A DNA stretch of 64,000 nucleotides from Raillietiella orientalis (taxonomy: Eukaryota), in assembly GCA_036172245.1 (NCBI GenBank), contig JAYWIR010000024.1, forward strand, positions 2,418,001-2,482,000, read 5' to 3'. The notes beneath the pieces were generated by a model. It did not search any database and was not told the DNA's origin. It was given only the letters and a program-made list of their open reading frames with translations. Shown piece by piece: positions 24,301 through 42,300 of the stretch (positions within the stretch are counted from its first letter, which is position 1; each line of letters opens with the position of its first letter). The translations under genes were made by a program, and so were the position numbers.

Positions 24301-25486
24301 GGGAGGATGGACCTTGAACCACATCTTATGTTGCAAATAAATCCCTCATATGCTTCTTCGAACTTTACTCAATCGGTAGTATTGTTCTTATAAAGTTCTT
24401 CTAAAGAACTGCTCTCTTCTAAAAACTGTTATGAAAAGTCTGACTGCTTCATAAATTTGTTGTTGCTTTCCTTCCGCTGGGATGTTCCTGTTCCCCTATT
24501 TCATTGGGCATTTCTGCTTCTTCATGCTGTTCCTCCTGGCCGAATATTGTACGACAATATTCACAAGAGATGTCCATAATAGTGCAATAGAACGTAGGCT
24601 TGGAAGTATCAGTATCCAGATTTCGAATGGAATACAAATGGTAAAGAAAAGATGGAATCACCAGCTACTGGTAAGACCAAAAATCTAGTATGTTTTAAGA
24701 GTATGGAAAATTCATAATATAATACGTAGAAAATATGCATACTTGAATAGAATCCTCGATTCGAAGGATTTCTGAAAAATGCTGATGATGAAATGCTATC
24801 TAACAAAGGCTTTGGTTAGAACATCCATTGCTTGTAACAGACGTGATGCACACACTGATGAAGTGAGACTCGTGATCCAGAACAGAAAGTCGCTGTCCGA
24901 AATGTTTCCTATTTCTTCCTAACAGTGCATGGGCATTTTTGTCGATGCATAATTCTGGCTATTGTTCGAAGCATTATACACAAATTCGAAAAAGTACAAT
25001 ATAATATAATATAAACAGATCGTGGCAATTAGTGAGGAAACAAATAAATCATTGAGAAAATAGCATGACGAGAGAGGAAAAGACATGATTTGCAAACATA
25101 TATACTACATCAATTTCATAAAACTTTCGCAAGGAGACAGTTTATTAAATGAAACAATATTGCTTGAATTGGCATCATCAAATACCAATTTCAAACCTTA
25201 ATTTAACCATCAAGTATATTTTCATGGAAAATGAACGTGCAAATTATTTCCAAAGTAACTAGGTCTTCACTGCCTTAGCAATTCTTGCGACTGCAACGAT
25301 ATTTCACAAAGCCAACAACAGTGAGAAAACTCGATGTTCTCATTTATTACTCCTCATCCCTCTCTTCATTCATCTAGATTCGGAAAGGAGTCTGGGACAT
25401 CCCTACAATTTGGGTTGTTCGTATCCATAGATCTTCAGTTTAGCAGACCAGTAACGCATCGTGCATTAATAAGAATATTGTAATAG

Positions 25487-25549
25487 TTGAAGGGAAAACC
25501 TGTAAATATAATGTTGGTCTTCACGATATTTACAGGTTTTTTGCTTCAA
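25487..25549. repeat. Near-perfect inverted repeat/hairpin
   Basis: AAAACCTGTAAATAT / ATATTTACAGGTTTT is a 15-bp perfect stem with a 16-nt loop, extended by TTGAAG/CTTCAA. Confidence 0.85.
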
Positions 25550-28322
25550 ATAATGCTTCTGCTTTAAGATAAGTAATTATTTAGAGTAATTGAGAGGGAT
25601 TATTCTCTAAACTTGGTTTCTCCCTTGTTGTTATTATATTACATTAGTATTACGTCAGGACATGTTATCTTACGCAAAGTTAGGGTTCCTAAAATGATTC
25701 TGAGCTCAGGATCCGGAAGAGAATCTATTCTTTCGGAAACAGACTGAAAGAGCAAGGCTGTTCCTGGGAACAAACTGAATGTTTTTTCGTATGGAGGGAA
25801 AAGTGAAGTATGTAATTGTAAATGTGTACACTTATGTTCAATACAGGCATTTGGTTTCAGTGCACACTAGAAAACTCCTACGAAATTATTTCTTTCTTAA
25901 GATCATGGAATCGAAGGCATGTACAGCAGAAGAATGTATTGCACGTTATCCAAGAGGAATTAGTGCTTGAAAAATCGATACCGTTGTTTCTTGACCAGCA
26001 GACCAAATGAGTGCTGTAAGGGAACTGAAACGATTCTTGGAATCGAGTCTTTTGCCGTTTTATATTTCGATTACATTCACAGGTTCTGCTGCCAAATTTC
26101 GAATTATGCGTTTGATGTCATACGGTTAATTGAATCGGTTGTAACAGATGTTGTAATCGGTTGTAACTTTAATCGGTTCCTTTTGCCTGGAGATGGCAGT
26201 TTGCTGACTTGCAACACAAAACTTTCGTTTCAGTCCTCGGAAACCTCGTAATTTCTGTGGAAGAGAATTGCAAGTAAATCAAACAACATGCTATGCACTT
26301 TCAGTGGGCTTGCTATACAATATGAACTAGGCATCCTTCGAAATCTAGCTTAGTGGGAAATCTACTTTGGCTTTTTGTTTTGTGCCGTAATCACGCTACA
26401 CCGCATGTTATTAAATTCCACGTCAAATTAATAAATGAGGCTCAGCGAGGTCCCCGAACTGCGGAAGTTTTTTTTTTTTTTGGAGCGCTGCCTGGAGAGT
26501 GGCACCGTAGTCGAGGGGAAACTCTTCGCGACGACGCCATTATATCCCCATGCTTGAAGAACACGCAGGGGATTTTCCAGGGAAATCGACTGCGTTGGCA
26601 GCAACGGCCTTTCAAAACTTTTGTGTGCGTGGTGAAAACTTTATAGCATCAATAAGCGGCGGCTTAGATGCGAACTTTTGACCTAAGGACTGATGACCAT
26701 CTATTCACCGAGCTTCGTGGATGCCCGAAAGTGTATGCTGGGAAAACAATTCCTCACTTCCCGTATTTTAAGGAAAGGTTAAAAAGAATGGCGCAGCGCA
26801 AGCCATCTGCAGCTTGTGAAATAACAGGATGCCAAGTTGGTTCTACGGAGCAAGGAGCATATTTCTGTCGCCAGTATTAAGGCCCAGAATGCAACAGGAC
26901 ACAAATGATATTTTTTTTTGTCTCAAATCTAGACTTTTGCAGGCGCTTCAACGTGTGCGGGGTGATGCAGATGGCTATGAACTTCGTGTATTGAGCTTCA
27001 TTTAGGCCAACTAGGAACTTGTCTACTGTTATTTTCCACGGAATTCGGGTATCCGTATTCATTAGCTATCATTGGTTTTATTGCTCTTTTCATCTATTTT
27101 AATTAGTCATTTAATAGTGCAATCAATTGGTGGTGAACAAACTGCTTCAGTTATGCATTTGACAATTCAGTGATGGAAATCATATTTTGCCAGACACTTA
27201 GCCACTTCGTATCAGTAAATAAAGCAGAAAAAAAATTTAAGTGGAATATCTTCCATGTTCTGCAACAGTGAAACAGCTTTTCAGTTTCATGTTGCAAAAG
27301 AATGCAAGAATACGATTCAAACAGCTGCATCATTAGGTAGCAGCTTCCTTCTGACAGGGTCTAAGCAACAAAACCATTACAAGCAGCCCTGGTGTGGTAT
27401 CATTGCTAAAAAAAACCTGACTGTGTTGACTGTAGTCCCTGATCAAAGTTATAAAACGATAGGTTATTAAATTTCATCTAATGATCCAAGTCATGGATTC
27501 AAGAAGCTCCCTTTTCTTTGATCATGTCTAGATCACACCAATTTTATTGCTTATTCTTTTATCTGTTCATAACTTCCAGACTAAAGTAACTTAAATGAAT
27601 GTTTCCACTGCAGCTCTCAATTTCCTTGCATGATGTTTCCCTTAAGTTTTATCTTCTTCAGGATGATTGCATGTTCTTTCTTCATTTTGCAGGTCATTTA
27701 CGCAAATGCTTGGATGTTGCAGACTGTTTTCTGATAGCAACTTTCACTCAATGAAATGTTACTATTGAAAAGCCTCTTCTCAAAGAGCCTCTCAGTTGCA
27801 ACCACTATCTGCTAAATATGTGACAAAAAGAAATGCCGAAATATCCAATCGAGTGCATTCACCACAGTAATGACCAATGCATGTATTATAGAACCTAAGC
27901 ATAATAACGACAGGTTTCACTCCAGGACTTGGTCCAGGTTGACTCCATCAAGAATGGTCCTAATATTTGCGAGCCAGCAGAAACATTCAATAACTCATAT
28001 TGAATATCGCACCTATTACGTGATATACTCCAAATTGACTTATGCAGCTTCATTCAAAAGATACACAAAACAATTAGAAAATTTGTGAATCACTGAAGAG
28101 AACTCAAACAAAAAGCTTGATTAAAGCCACCTAAATTAGTTTTGTTGTAAAATATTTCATTGTAGCTAATTTATATCTATAGCTAGAAACTCTTAAAGCG
28201 AATTTTTGAACAAACATCGCGCATTTGTAATCTTGTGGAAATACCTTAGCAAATAAGGCAATAACACATGGGAAGTACTAGTAAAATTTTATTTGCAGTT
28301 GCCCAGTGCCCAGTACTATGCA

Positions 28323-31596
<3,274 letters not shown>

Positions 31597-31734
31597 TTTA
31601 CTTAATTCTGTAACAACTTCCAAAAACTTCAGAAATACACGCTTTTTCCAACTGCAACTGTGTATGCAACCACGTTCTTGGAATCAAATAGCAAGTCACA
31701 CAGTACTCCACATCCACATATATACGACTTTCTG

Positions 31735-31776
31735 CTTCCGTTCTCCACGAACCTACAATATACTTCTTACTTCCGT
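31735..31776 (-). promoter_or_regulatory. Two ETS-type CGGAAG motifs upstream of eEF2
   Basis: ACGGAAGT (plus acttccgt 31769-31776) and ACGGAAGC (plus cttccg 31735-31740) lie 140-180 nt upstream of the ATG. Function is inferred only. Confidence 0.3.
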
Positions 31777-34700
31777 AAAACAGAAACGACAAATTCAAAC
31801 AACTAATTACATGTCTCGACAAATTTTATAGTTTCAAACTGATAACTGGATCTACATTTCAGATCATTAAAATAAAATTGAAAGCCTAAAAATAAAAATA
31901 AATATGAAAAGTATATCAGAACATTTTTGTGAATGGCAAAAATAAACAATATGGAAGAGACTGAAGTTCCTACTGAGGTCTAGTTTTCATTTTATTTCAA
32001 AATTATGAAATCTATCGAACACATTCTCTAGTGCAAAATAAAAAGCCAAGAAATTCTGCATATTAAAGATTTTTCACCTCAAAATTAATGTAAAAACTAT
32101 TATAAATACCGCTATGCAAATGAGATTAAAGCTTAAAGATAATTCGTGACTGAAAATGTATTTCAATTCTTCACAAGTCTATTCTTCTATGATTTTGTAT
32201 TCCACAAAATACTATGAAATTCATCTTTTCTTTCGTATTAAACATCCTTTTCATTCCAGATCATGTTTTGCTATCAGAGTTTTTATATTTCAGTTACTCT
32301 ATCTAAATATCCTAAGAATGAATACACTAAGGGTATATTCTTAGTATATTTAACTAAGTATTGGTACGTTCTTAAGACTGATCCTAGTGATGCAACTTAT
32401 TAATTTGAAATTAGATTATGAACATATGGTTATTGAAAGTGGTGTTTATGTTAATTCCCGAATAAATCAATACCTAAATACAATGTTAATTTCCACATAT
32501 CGGTTTCATCCGATGTATTCATAAGCTTTTTTCTCTGTCTTCAAATGAATTTTGTTTTTTTTATAGTCGTCTGTTATTGCTATTCATAATGCATCTACAA
32601 AAAACTTCACTTTATTAAAAAGAAATTCCTTTCATACGAGGATTTTAATCAAAAGGGTAAGCACATATTTAAAGAACATTTGCAATACTAATGTTTGTTT
32701 ATCGACTACTCTTAGAATTGCATTCTATACTTTTTTCTTGCATTCTTTTGAAATCACTCGTAATTAAGCCACATCCAATAATTATTTCTTTATCCCCTTA
32801 AAAGATGGATTTTCATCCAACATGCTGGATACATATAGTAGATAGATAAATGAATTGGTTTCTCATGGTGATGCTCCTTGTTTTCAATTTGGGTTTTCTT
32901 TTCGCATCAGTTGCAATCATCATGCTAGTGTTGTGAAATGCTAAATCATAGAAAATCAAGTAAAGTTACGCTTTTTGGAATGAAAGAAATGTTATTCATC
33001 AAGACAGGTTATTTTAATAATAATTATAAATACTTTTTCTATGATTTCTATATTTCCGATAAAGTCAAGGATACTTATTTCTCCATCGGAGAGTCCATTA
33101 CGTTTTTATGGGCTTCAGAAAAACTGTGGTAGAAGCTCTAAAAGAAGTCTTGATGTAGCATTTAAAAAAAGCACAAATTATGTTTCTTGTGTGAATCGAA
33201 GATTATTTTTCTGTGGAATTTCATTTCATTTAAAAATTTTGATTAGATTTACATGCTTTTACATAGTAGGGCAACTAATATTTTTCAAGGGATATTTTTT
33301 GCAAAACTGATTAATTTGCTTTAATTGGATATAATAATTTAGTGGTTCTCCTCTGTCAACTTTTAAAATTGGCCTGAGAGAACCACAGAAACATTCTTCT
33401 TTTATCAATTTGTATTTTCATTACGCTCGTAAGTTCAAATTAAGTCAAATTAAAAACTTTTTTTAAAGAGAAATTCCTGCTTATATTCGTTTTTTATATT
33501 TTTCTCTGATAACTTATTTTCAGTCAACAGTTTTCAGTTTGGCAATATTTTTGATTTATGATTTAGTTTACATCGCTGCTTATTTTTGTTGTCCACCAAA
33601 GTATCAAATTGTTAGTCACATCACTCATCTTTAGCAGTACTTTTTCATTTGGCACTCATGCCAAATGTTTTCCAAGTGAGCGCCAAATGTCTCCTAAGGG
33701 AGGTTCAGGAAATATGTGCATGTAGAAACTCTGAACCTAAATATTAGGAAAATGAGTCGTTTTAGTTTCTGAAACTGTGATATAAAAAAAACATATCCAT
33801 ACAGTGAAGCATTGAAACAATAAATTCACTGTCATAGATTGTAAGCAAACGGAGAATTTTAGTAATTGCACAATTCGTAATTTTGGTAACAAATCAAACC
33901 CTTTTATTTCATTTTAAGAGCTTTCCCAGTTGATTAATGATGGTGGGAAAGTCACTTTGTCACTTTGCATTTATGCTTTTATCTGTTCAACACGGCGTAG
34001 CGTAGTTTTACTACAAATTCATACAAAAGAAAACAGTACAAAAAAATGTAGTTTTGTACCGATTCTGCCTAATGTTTTGGAATGGAGTGTTATCAGTAGG
34101 AAGCTATTTTTCAGTATGAAGCTAGATTGAAGCAGAAGTTACTCGTAGTAGTTCAGTTTAACACAGCGGCAGTGGGAGACGTATGCATTGCAGTATTGCG
34201 TACTTTCAGCATGAATTTGGATTGTTGTTTGTAATTAAAGTACAACATTCATTGCAAGGTATTTTTTGTTCCCAGATTTTTATGCTAAAACCAAAATTAT
34301 CATGATAAAAGTAAAATTTGACTTTCATAATAAAATTATCGATAAAAGTAACATTCATTAATTAACATAACAATCAACTGCATTTTACAGGATAGATTAT
34401 TTCAAAAGTTTGTATTTGTTGAGGATGATTTTCCATTCCTTGAATGCAAACACTTTTTTGCGTTCATGTTTCCTTCGACGTATCTCACATCCCCTGGAAA
34501 GTAAGATATTATATCTTTTTAAAGGGGTATCACTGCAGCACCTAACTTAACTTAGTGTGTACATGTTTTCTGTCATCAACTTTAGTTGCTGTCATTCGAT
34601 TACGAAAACACGGAAATTATAGACATCCTCATCCCGGAGGGGATGCCATGTTCCTACAACTGTATGTGTGTTAAAGTATTTTATGCACAGTAATATCAAT

Positions 34701-36317
34701 GCAAGAATGTGAGATGTGTAGAGAATTCTCACACAAAGATGATCCCTTTAAAGTCTGTGTACCATTGCTGCATATGCTTTCAGGATTATGTGTTTTCATT
34801 GGTTTCGTTTCCCTTACTATATGGATTTTAAAAAGGTGTCATGTTAAAAATTTAAAATAAATAATATGCATTTACAAAAGTATTTCAGTCAAAATAAGTA
34901 TTCTAAGTGTCATTTATTTGACAGAATGAGAAGTTATAAGGACGCATTTGTAGAAACATTTTGGCATCAAATTCTTAAATAGTCCCCTACTCATGCAACT
35001 AAGCATCATGTAACTTGGTAGTTTGCTTCTTTGTCGCTACATAGGTTTTCTACCATGAATCAGTTCTCTCTTTGTCTGCCTGTTTTCTGAAGCATCAGTG
35101 TCACTGAGGATACTAATAATGGTTATAACCATTTTAACTGAAACTCATTTTTCTCTTGCGAGTCATTTTTCACAAAGTGGTAAATTGTTTAACTAACTTG
35201 CTCAAGTGGAAGTCCTAACATGCATGTATGTGATTACTGATCAGTTATTTAGCATTGTGGAGCCAGAAAAACTATTTATGAAAAGCAAATTGAACATCTG
35301 TCATAACATACTGAATTTTACAAAATCAGTGCCCTTTAAAAATATCTATTATCCAAAGTTCAGATTCAGAGGCAAGAAGCACATGATTTGAGCTTATTAA
35401 TATTGAAAGATTGTTTCATGTATTAAAAATGAGAAAATAAAATTGGAAATACATAAGTGAAATTATCATTGTTTCAAAACAAATTGCATGCTCATAATCG
35501 TAGAGATTATGCATCTCCTAACTGGTTAGTTCTAGGATAACTTCATCCTGTGCCTCACCATTCAAACTTAAAACTATACATAAGTTGAGGCTCTGACTTG
35601 GTAATCATATGCAGTCAATCACTGCTATTGGTCAAAATTTCTTTAAGCATCTTGTATTAAATTTCTTTTTTTGATCCAGTATGGATTTCACAAATCAACT
35701 ATGATTATGGAAAACTTCTTCAATTGTGCTCTTTTCTTGGAACATAATTTGTCACACCTCCACAGTACATCATGTACACTGTATCCATGAAAGTGAATTG
35801 TACATTAAGAAATTTGCAAGTGACTTTTAAAATTCTTATATAAGTTGCTTTTTACCTGTTTACAACATATGCATACGAAAGGGATGCAGGTCATAAGACA
35901 TTTGAACTGCTGGGGTAATGCATTACTACATTTGGTGTGCTTAAGACATATTCCCAAAGCCAGATCCTATATTAGAAGTATGTATATTTTTGATTACACA
36001 AAGGTTAACTCAACATTAAGAAATGGACCGGAAAATGTCTCTGAAATGTGTACACATATCTTTATAAACCAAAAAATTCAAATTTAATTATGTTTGGGCA
36101 ATAGCTGTATTTCTTGCAGACAGAGGCAATACAAAACTTTACTTTTTCTAATACAAGTATATTTATGATAACACTGAAAACACATTTGTATTTCCTTTTC
36201 GGTATTATGAACACGTTTATCATCAATTTAGGAAATATGTGAGTTCACATGAAAAGGAATTCCAAATCAATTGGTACTAAAAAAATGGCTAATTTCATAA
36301 ACTGGCATTTTCACTAT

Positions 36318-39300
36318 TCAATTGGTTGGCCAATAGGGATTATAAATCTGCTGTTTAGTACCACTTTTATTGGGCATAGCTGAACTTTGGGAACGCTGAT
36401 TCCCAAGCCCTCCGTCTTGATGAACTTGATGATGAGGAACAAGAGATGAGTGTTGTAAATGAGAGGCAGGTATGAAAAAATGTCCTAGAGCTGTTCCTGG
36501 GCCAAGAGGAGCTGCTCCTGTTCCTGCTAAATTAAAGGGGGGAGGTGTTCCTCCATGAAAACCCTGCTTGTCAAAAGACTACAAATATAAAAAGGAAATT
36601 AGACTATAAATCTAAAATCACACATCATAATCTATACTGACTTTTCCTAATCCCTTATATGAAGCTGACAGATCAGGTGTTCCTGCCATGGTTGTACCAG
36701 TTAATCCTGTTTTGTTCATTGCTGTGTTGGCTGCTCCATATGCCTTAGCATAATCTTGTGGATGAGCAGCCAAACTATCAAAATAGGGAGCTGTACTGGC
36801 TAGTTTTTGCAGCTGTGAGGTAGCAATATTCCCAGGAGAGGAATGATGGAATGCATCTCCTGTCCAAATGGGAGTAACATCAGTCGTATTACTAGGACTG
36901 GTGCAATACATCTGCAACACAATGAATGGCAGAACATGCAGCTGCTGTTCTTACAGGATAGATTGCTTGTGCAGCAGCAGGATACTGAGTAAAACTACCT
37001 GGTATTACCCCTCCACTATAATATGCATAATATGGAGGTGGTAAGGTAGCTGCATGATGATTTAGGAAGGGCTGCTGCTGTTGTGCAGAGCCTGGTTGGG
37101 ATAACGTTGTCTGGACAGGTGAACCAGAAGTTACATCTCCACGAAATTTACAAGCTGGGTCTGGTGTCACGGAAAACGATGCTGAATTTGTTGTATCTCT
37201 GCTGGAAGAAGGAATGCTCCCAGCAGCAAGACTGGAGGGGGCCTGGAATCCGGCCAGCTCATAGAAACCTGTGGCCTACAGAATGGAGCAATCATGCAAC
37301 TCACATGCAAGCTGCTAGCCAGTGGCCTGGCTGTGCTCCGACCATGGATGATCTACTCACCAAATGAGGGAATCGTTGCTGCAGCAATTGCAGATCCTCA
37401 TAATAAAGAGGTTGTTGCTGACTTGGCATATAAAATGGTGTGAGGTGACCTGCTTGACCCATCAGATACTGGGTATTAAGAACAGCAACACCTGGAGGCA
37501 TATTGGGTACCTTGCCTATAAAAGAAAGTACCAAAAAACCCACTCTTTTCTTGTAAGATTTTTCTCTACTTACTAGTAACAATTGAATTTTTAATGGAAT
37601 TGGAAGTTGTCAAAGGAAGACTAGCTGTAGCAACACCTGATAAAATAAGACCTGGAGGTATTCCAGCTGATGTAGTGAGCACATTACTGATAGGAGTTCC
37701 ATCAAACTAATAAAGTTCTAGCAATTAGGATACCAGTAACAAGCATTTTGGTAACCTGGTTCTCCTTGGCACTTGTTGGATGTCCCGAAATAATCTTGGC
37801 ATTGGTAATACTTGCCAAAGAGTTAAGTGGTGCACTACTGTTTGCATATGGTTGGTACTGGCTGACTCCTGGATAGCTGGATGCATTCCCATACACTTGA
37901 TTGCTACTATTGCTTGCATAGGATGCATTAGTTGGAAGAACAGTCTGATAGTTATTTCCGGGTTCTGAGGGATGGCTAAATGTAGTTCCATTTGGAGTAT
38001 AGGAATTTGATGCTTGAGAAGTGCCATAGACTGTAGTTGAATAGGAGGACTGACTGGAATATGCACTGTTGGATGGGATGTAACTTTGTGCTGTGGGATA
38101 GCTTGAGATCTTATTCTGCAATGTAGAAAATACAGTTGAATTCTCTTAATGCATACATTTCCTTTCCATTTACATGGAGCACAAACATTTTAGCTACACA
38201 AGAAGGCTTAATAGAAATCACATTCAATTGTGAATTCAAGCAAAAAAATCACGATGTAAACTCAACTGCCTTGCTAAGCAATACTCACTTTCTGAAGGGA
38301 GAAATCACTAGATATTCCAGCACTTGAGACAGATATATTATCAGCTGTAAAGCCTTCAACAGACACTTTTTTATTCCCAGTTGATGGGGGCAGGCTATCA
38401 GGACTAACAAAATCAAAGCTGCATGACTCAGCTCCAAAATCAAGAGCACCAAACTGAACATCAAGTTGTGTGATACCATCATCAGGCATCTCCACAGCCA
38501 GTGAGGGAATTTTGGATGACAATTTGGAACGAGACTGTTTGCTTTTGGGCTGGTAAACTGGATTGTCATTATCATGGGCTGATGTAGAATTACCAAATAA
38601 TAAATGATCACGATTATACGATGGACTGCTACCAAATTTTTGGTATTGATTATTGCTATTGATACCATTTTGCATTGATCAGAAACAAGCATCACTCACC
38701 CAGATGTGAGATTCTGGGAACCTGCATTCATACTCATAGCAGTCTTCAAACTTTCTGCTTCTTGGGTAAATTGGTTAAAAATTTGCTGGTGAGTAGAAGT
38801 CATGGAAGTTACTCCTTCATTCTTTCCCAGATTTGAATTCAAAGACTACAAATACCAATTATTCTAGCAAAAGACTTGACATTCCCTTCATTCATTCATT
38901 TTATTACAGTTGAGTTCATTGCTCCACACCAAATTACAGCCATAACTAATCAAGATATACTGCAACGTGATCGAAATCCTTAATTAGCATTACGACTACT
39001 CCACACCATTCCCTAAATAAAAAAGCAAAAGACATCAATGGTGTAATTTTTCCTTAGTAAATTTATATTTTTCCTAAATGCCACTCCTATCTATTCACAA
39101 AGATGTTTGTTAATAGTTCAATTATCTGATAACCCCGGGAATGTTAGAAGTGCTTTCTGTTGCATTCTTGAAAGTTCCTTTTATAACTACAATAAAAGTT
39201 TTCCTTTCTGTTTAGCTTCTGACAAGGTGTGCGTAGAAAAAATTAACTGACTAATGATAATCAATTATGTGCTCACCGGTCAATTCTGTAAATAAGAATT

Positions 39301-42300
39301 CAATATACAAGTTGGGCATTAAATTTTAAAAACTACTCAGAACGTATATGGTATTGGTTATGACCTTCTCATATTATTAATAAATCTTTAAGGTGCAACC
39401 ATATGCAACATCAATGCTGATTCCTCCATATGACAATTTTTTTTGGTTTTTTCCTAATTCTAAGTTTGACAAGTTTTACTTTGCTATTTCATTGATGGAA
39501 TCAATTGTGTTTCAAAACCTAAGGTCAGTTACAAATTCATAATACTTTTCAGCAAGAACACCTGCTTTGAAAACTGATTCCCTGATTCCATGCATTTCAT
39601 GTGGAATCAGATTATTTGCAAATCCTATTAAACTTCTAATTAAACAGATGTTCACAAACAAATGCATTTAAGAGCATGCACACAGAATAGGCAGTTCAGT
39701 CAAAGTGACAGCTTTCCAGAAATCATTAGCCTGCTTCAAGAAATCAACAAACTCTGTCAGTTCACACAGATTAGTGCAAATTAATATATTCTCCATCACA
39801 ATAAGTAATCACACAATCATCTAAGATGGAGAATTCTTCTGAATGAGGCTGCAACAAATAGTTGTTGTATGTAGCCCATGAAATGGTGCAAGTTATGGAT
39901 AATATGTATTCCAACGGATTTCAAGGCTCAAGAGCCCTTTTTAAGTACCATAAATTCATAAAAACTTATTTCAATCTACTAGTAGTGGGTGATTTCCTCA
40001 ATTCCTCAACAGTTTGATTGCACCTCCTTAGTAACATTCAAAAAGCTAACATTTCTATGATTGTCACAATGCAAAGACTGTTTTCCATGCTAACAATGAT
40101 AGTGTCAGAAATACATCGAGAATCTCTACCTGATTTGTGCATTCTATTTTTGATGCACCACAACTGTCAAAGAACATATGAATTATCAAATGTAAGGAAA
40201 GGTCAATGACTGCCTAAGATTACCACCACAAGTAATGTGGATCAGAGCAAATTGCATTATCAAAACAATCCAATCGACCGGCGGCACAAATCACATGCAG
40301 TAAAACATTTTTTCGTTCTAAATTCAAAACCCTATCTTTTGAAACCAAAGCTCAAGTTACCATTTTCATGTATCTCAACTTTCATAAACTACATTTAGTT
40401 GTTTCTACTTTCCACATATGCGTTTCTAATGGCAAATACATTCATAAACAATGAATATCGCTCACTATACCTGTACAGACTGTAAGAGGGATGGTTGAGA
40501 AATCAAGGTTTGCAAGTGACTTCCTGAGACAGAAGTACTAGTGGAAGTAGCTTCTGGATTTCCTAATGTGTTTTCCAGTACTGGAACTCTGACTGGGCTA
40601 GTAGGGTTATTGGAAACCAATACAGAACACTCTAAATCCAAAGCCTGACTGTTACTTGCAGTGAAAACTTTGGTATCAGACAGAGATCCAGTCCATTCTT
40701 CATTATCCCAATCTTCTGTGATGGGAAAGCTATCCCATGTTCCTACATACATAATAATAGACAGATAAAACATCATGTTCTCAACATATTAACATAAGAA
40801 ATAAACTAATGATAGTTCTGTTGAAATATCCGAGTTCCGCAATACACAAGAGAGTTAATCATAACAAGATTATATAATGTACATTCCCACTGTTAGTTCA
40901 TGCAATATATGCATAATAAACATGAACAGCAATTTTTAGTTGTGATGAATATCTAACTTGCATACAGAAATTAGCAACTAGATCATATCACAAACTTATT
41001 CTCTGGAACAAACGATACCCATTTTTTCCTTTTCAGTTTCACTAAGCTGATTGCTCCATGTATCAATATCTTTAGGAAGTCCTACAGAAGGATCACCTCT
41101 ATCCCGTTGTTGATTTCGATTTCTAAACATCCTTAAACCTCTCTTATTGTTTTGACCTCGGCCTCGATATGGACCATTGGATAAGCGGTTTGATCGACCT
41201 CTTCCATTACCAACATCATTCATTTCCATATTTTTTTCGTTTTCTTTGTTTTCTTTCTGCTTCCCTATTCAAACAAAATTCAAGTCCATATATTCAGTAC
41301 ATTTTTTTTCCAATCAAAAAAGAACAAAAAAAATCGAAAATGCTCAAAACTTGGGTATAATTAGCTCTCATACATGTACGACTTTCCAAAGATCCATTGT
41401 GTTTTTGCAATCTTGGAATGCCTCGACTGCGTCCCTGGCCTTTTTTCATTCCCAAGTTATCATTACTATCAATTTTATTTTTCACTTTCTCAGTAGCATA
41501 TGAATCCTTCAAGTCGTTTTTCACAGCAGCAACCTTGTTTTTCCGTTTCTTTCCGCTGGTCTCCCACTCGCCCTGTGATAACAACAGTTAATATAAGAAC
41601 ATAAAATATTAACTAACATTAAGTTCATAATTCCTACAATTAATAGATCCTAAATATATCACTTTCAGAACTGCCACAAAGAATCAGAAATTTGCGAAAG
41701 CAGTTCGGAAATATGGAGATAACAGAAAATGTCAGCACCACTTATTATTATAGGAATTGATTTATTTATATACACCATAATATATTTTAACAGGAGTACA
41801 ATTACAGGACAAATAATAAAGCCAATAACTCAATAGAAAAATCACTAAATCTAATTATTAATTGCACTTCCAGATATTCTTTTTTCAGCAAATGCTTTTC
41901 AAAATCTGATGTGAGTAAATCTGAACAGTGTTCACATCTCATAGTGATTGCACATCTGTGAAAAGAATAGGCTCAAAAGTTATCAAAATGCATACAAGAT
42001 GAAAGAATAGTAGAATGCAAGATACAAAGTAGAGGATTACAATCAAAACAACAGCATTAACTGAAATGATTAAAAACTTTCATGAAGTCACCTACTAATA
42101 ACTGCAGTCATCACACAGACATTTACACTACAAAAACTGCAATCCAAATTTTAAGAGACACTAGGTGAAATTTCTTACTTTTAAGACACCAGAGCTAGTA
42201 AATTAAGAAAACTGGCGAATAAAAAAAAATGATAAAAAAGTAGTAAAAGCTTGTGTTACTGAAAGGAATGCTAAAAGACTAAATGATTACATGGAAAACA

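Noticed and set aside
24855..24900. CTGATGA motifs (also near 24782 and 57554)
   Set aside because: No correctly placed stem II plus GAAA, or no flanking stems.
26670..26745. Hammerhead-like CTGATGA...CGAAA with a CATCTAT/GTGGATG stem
   Set aside because: The stem II closing pair next to the core is missing and stem I does not form. At best a dead remnant.
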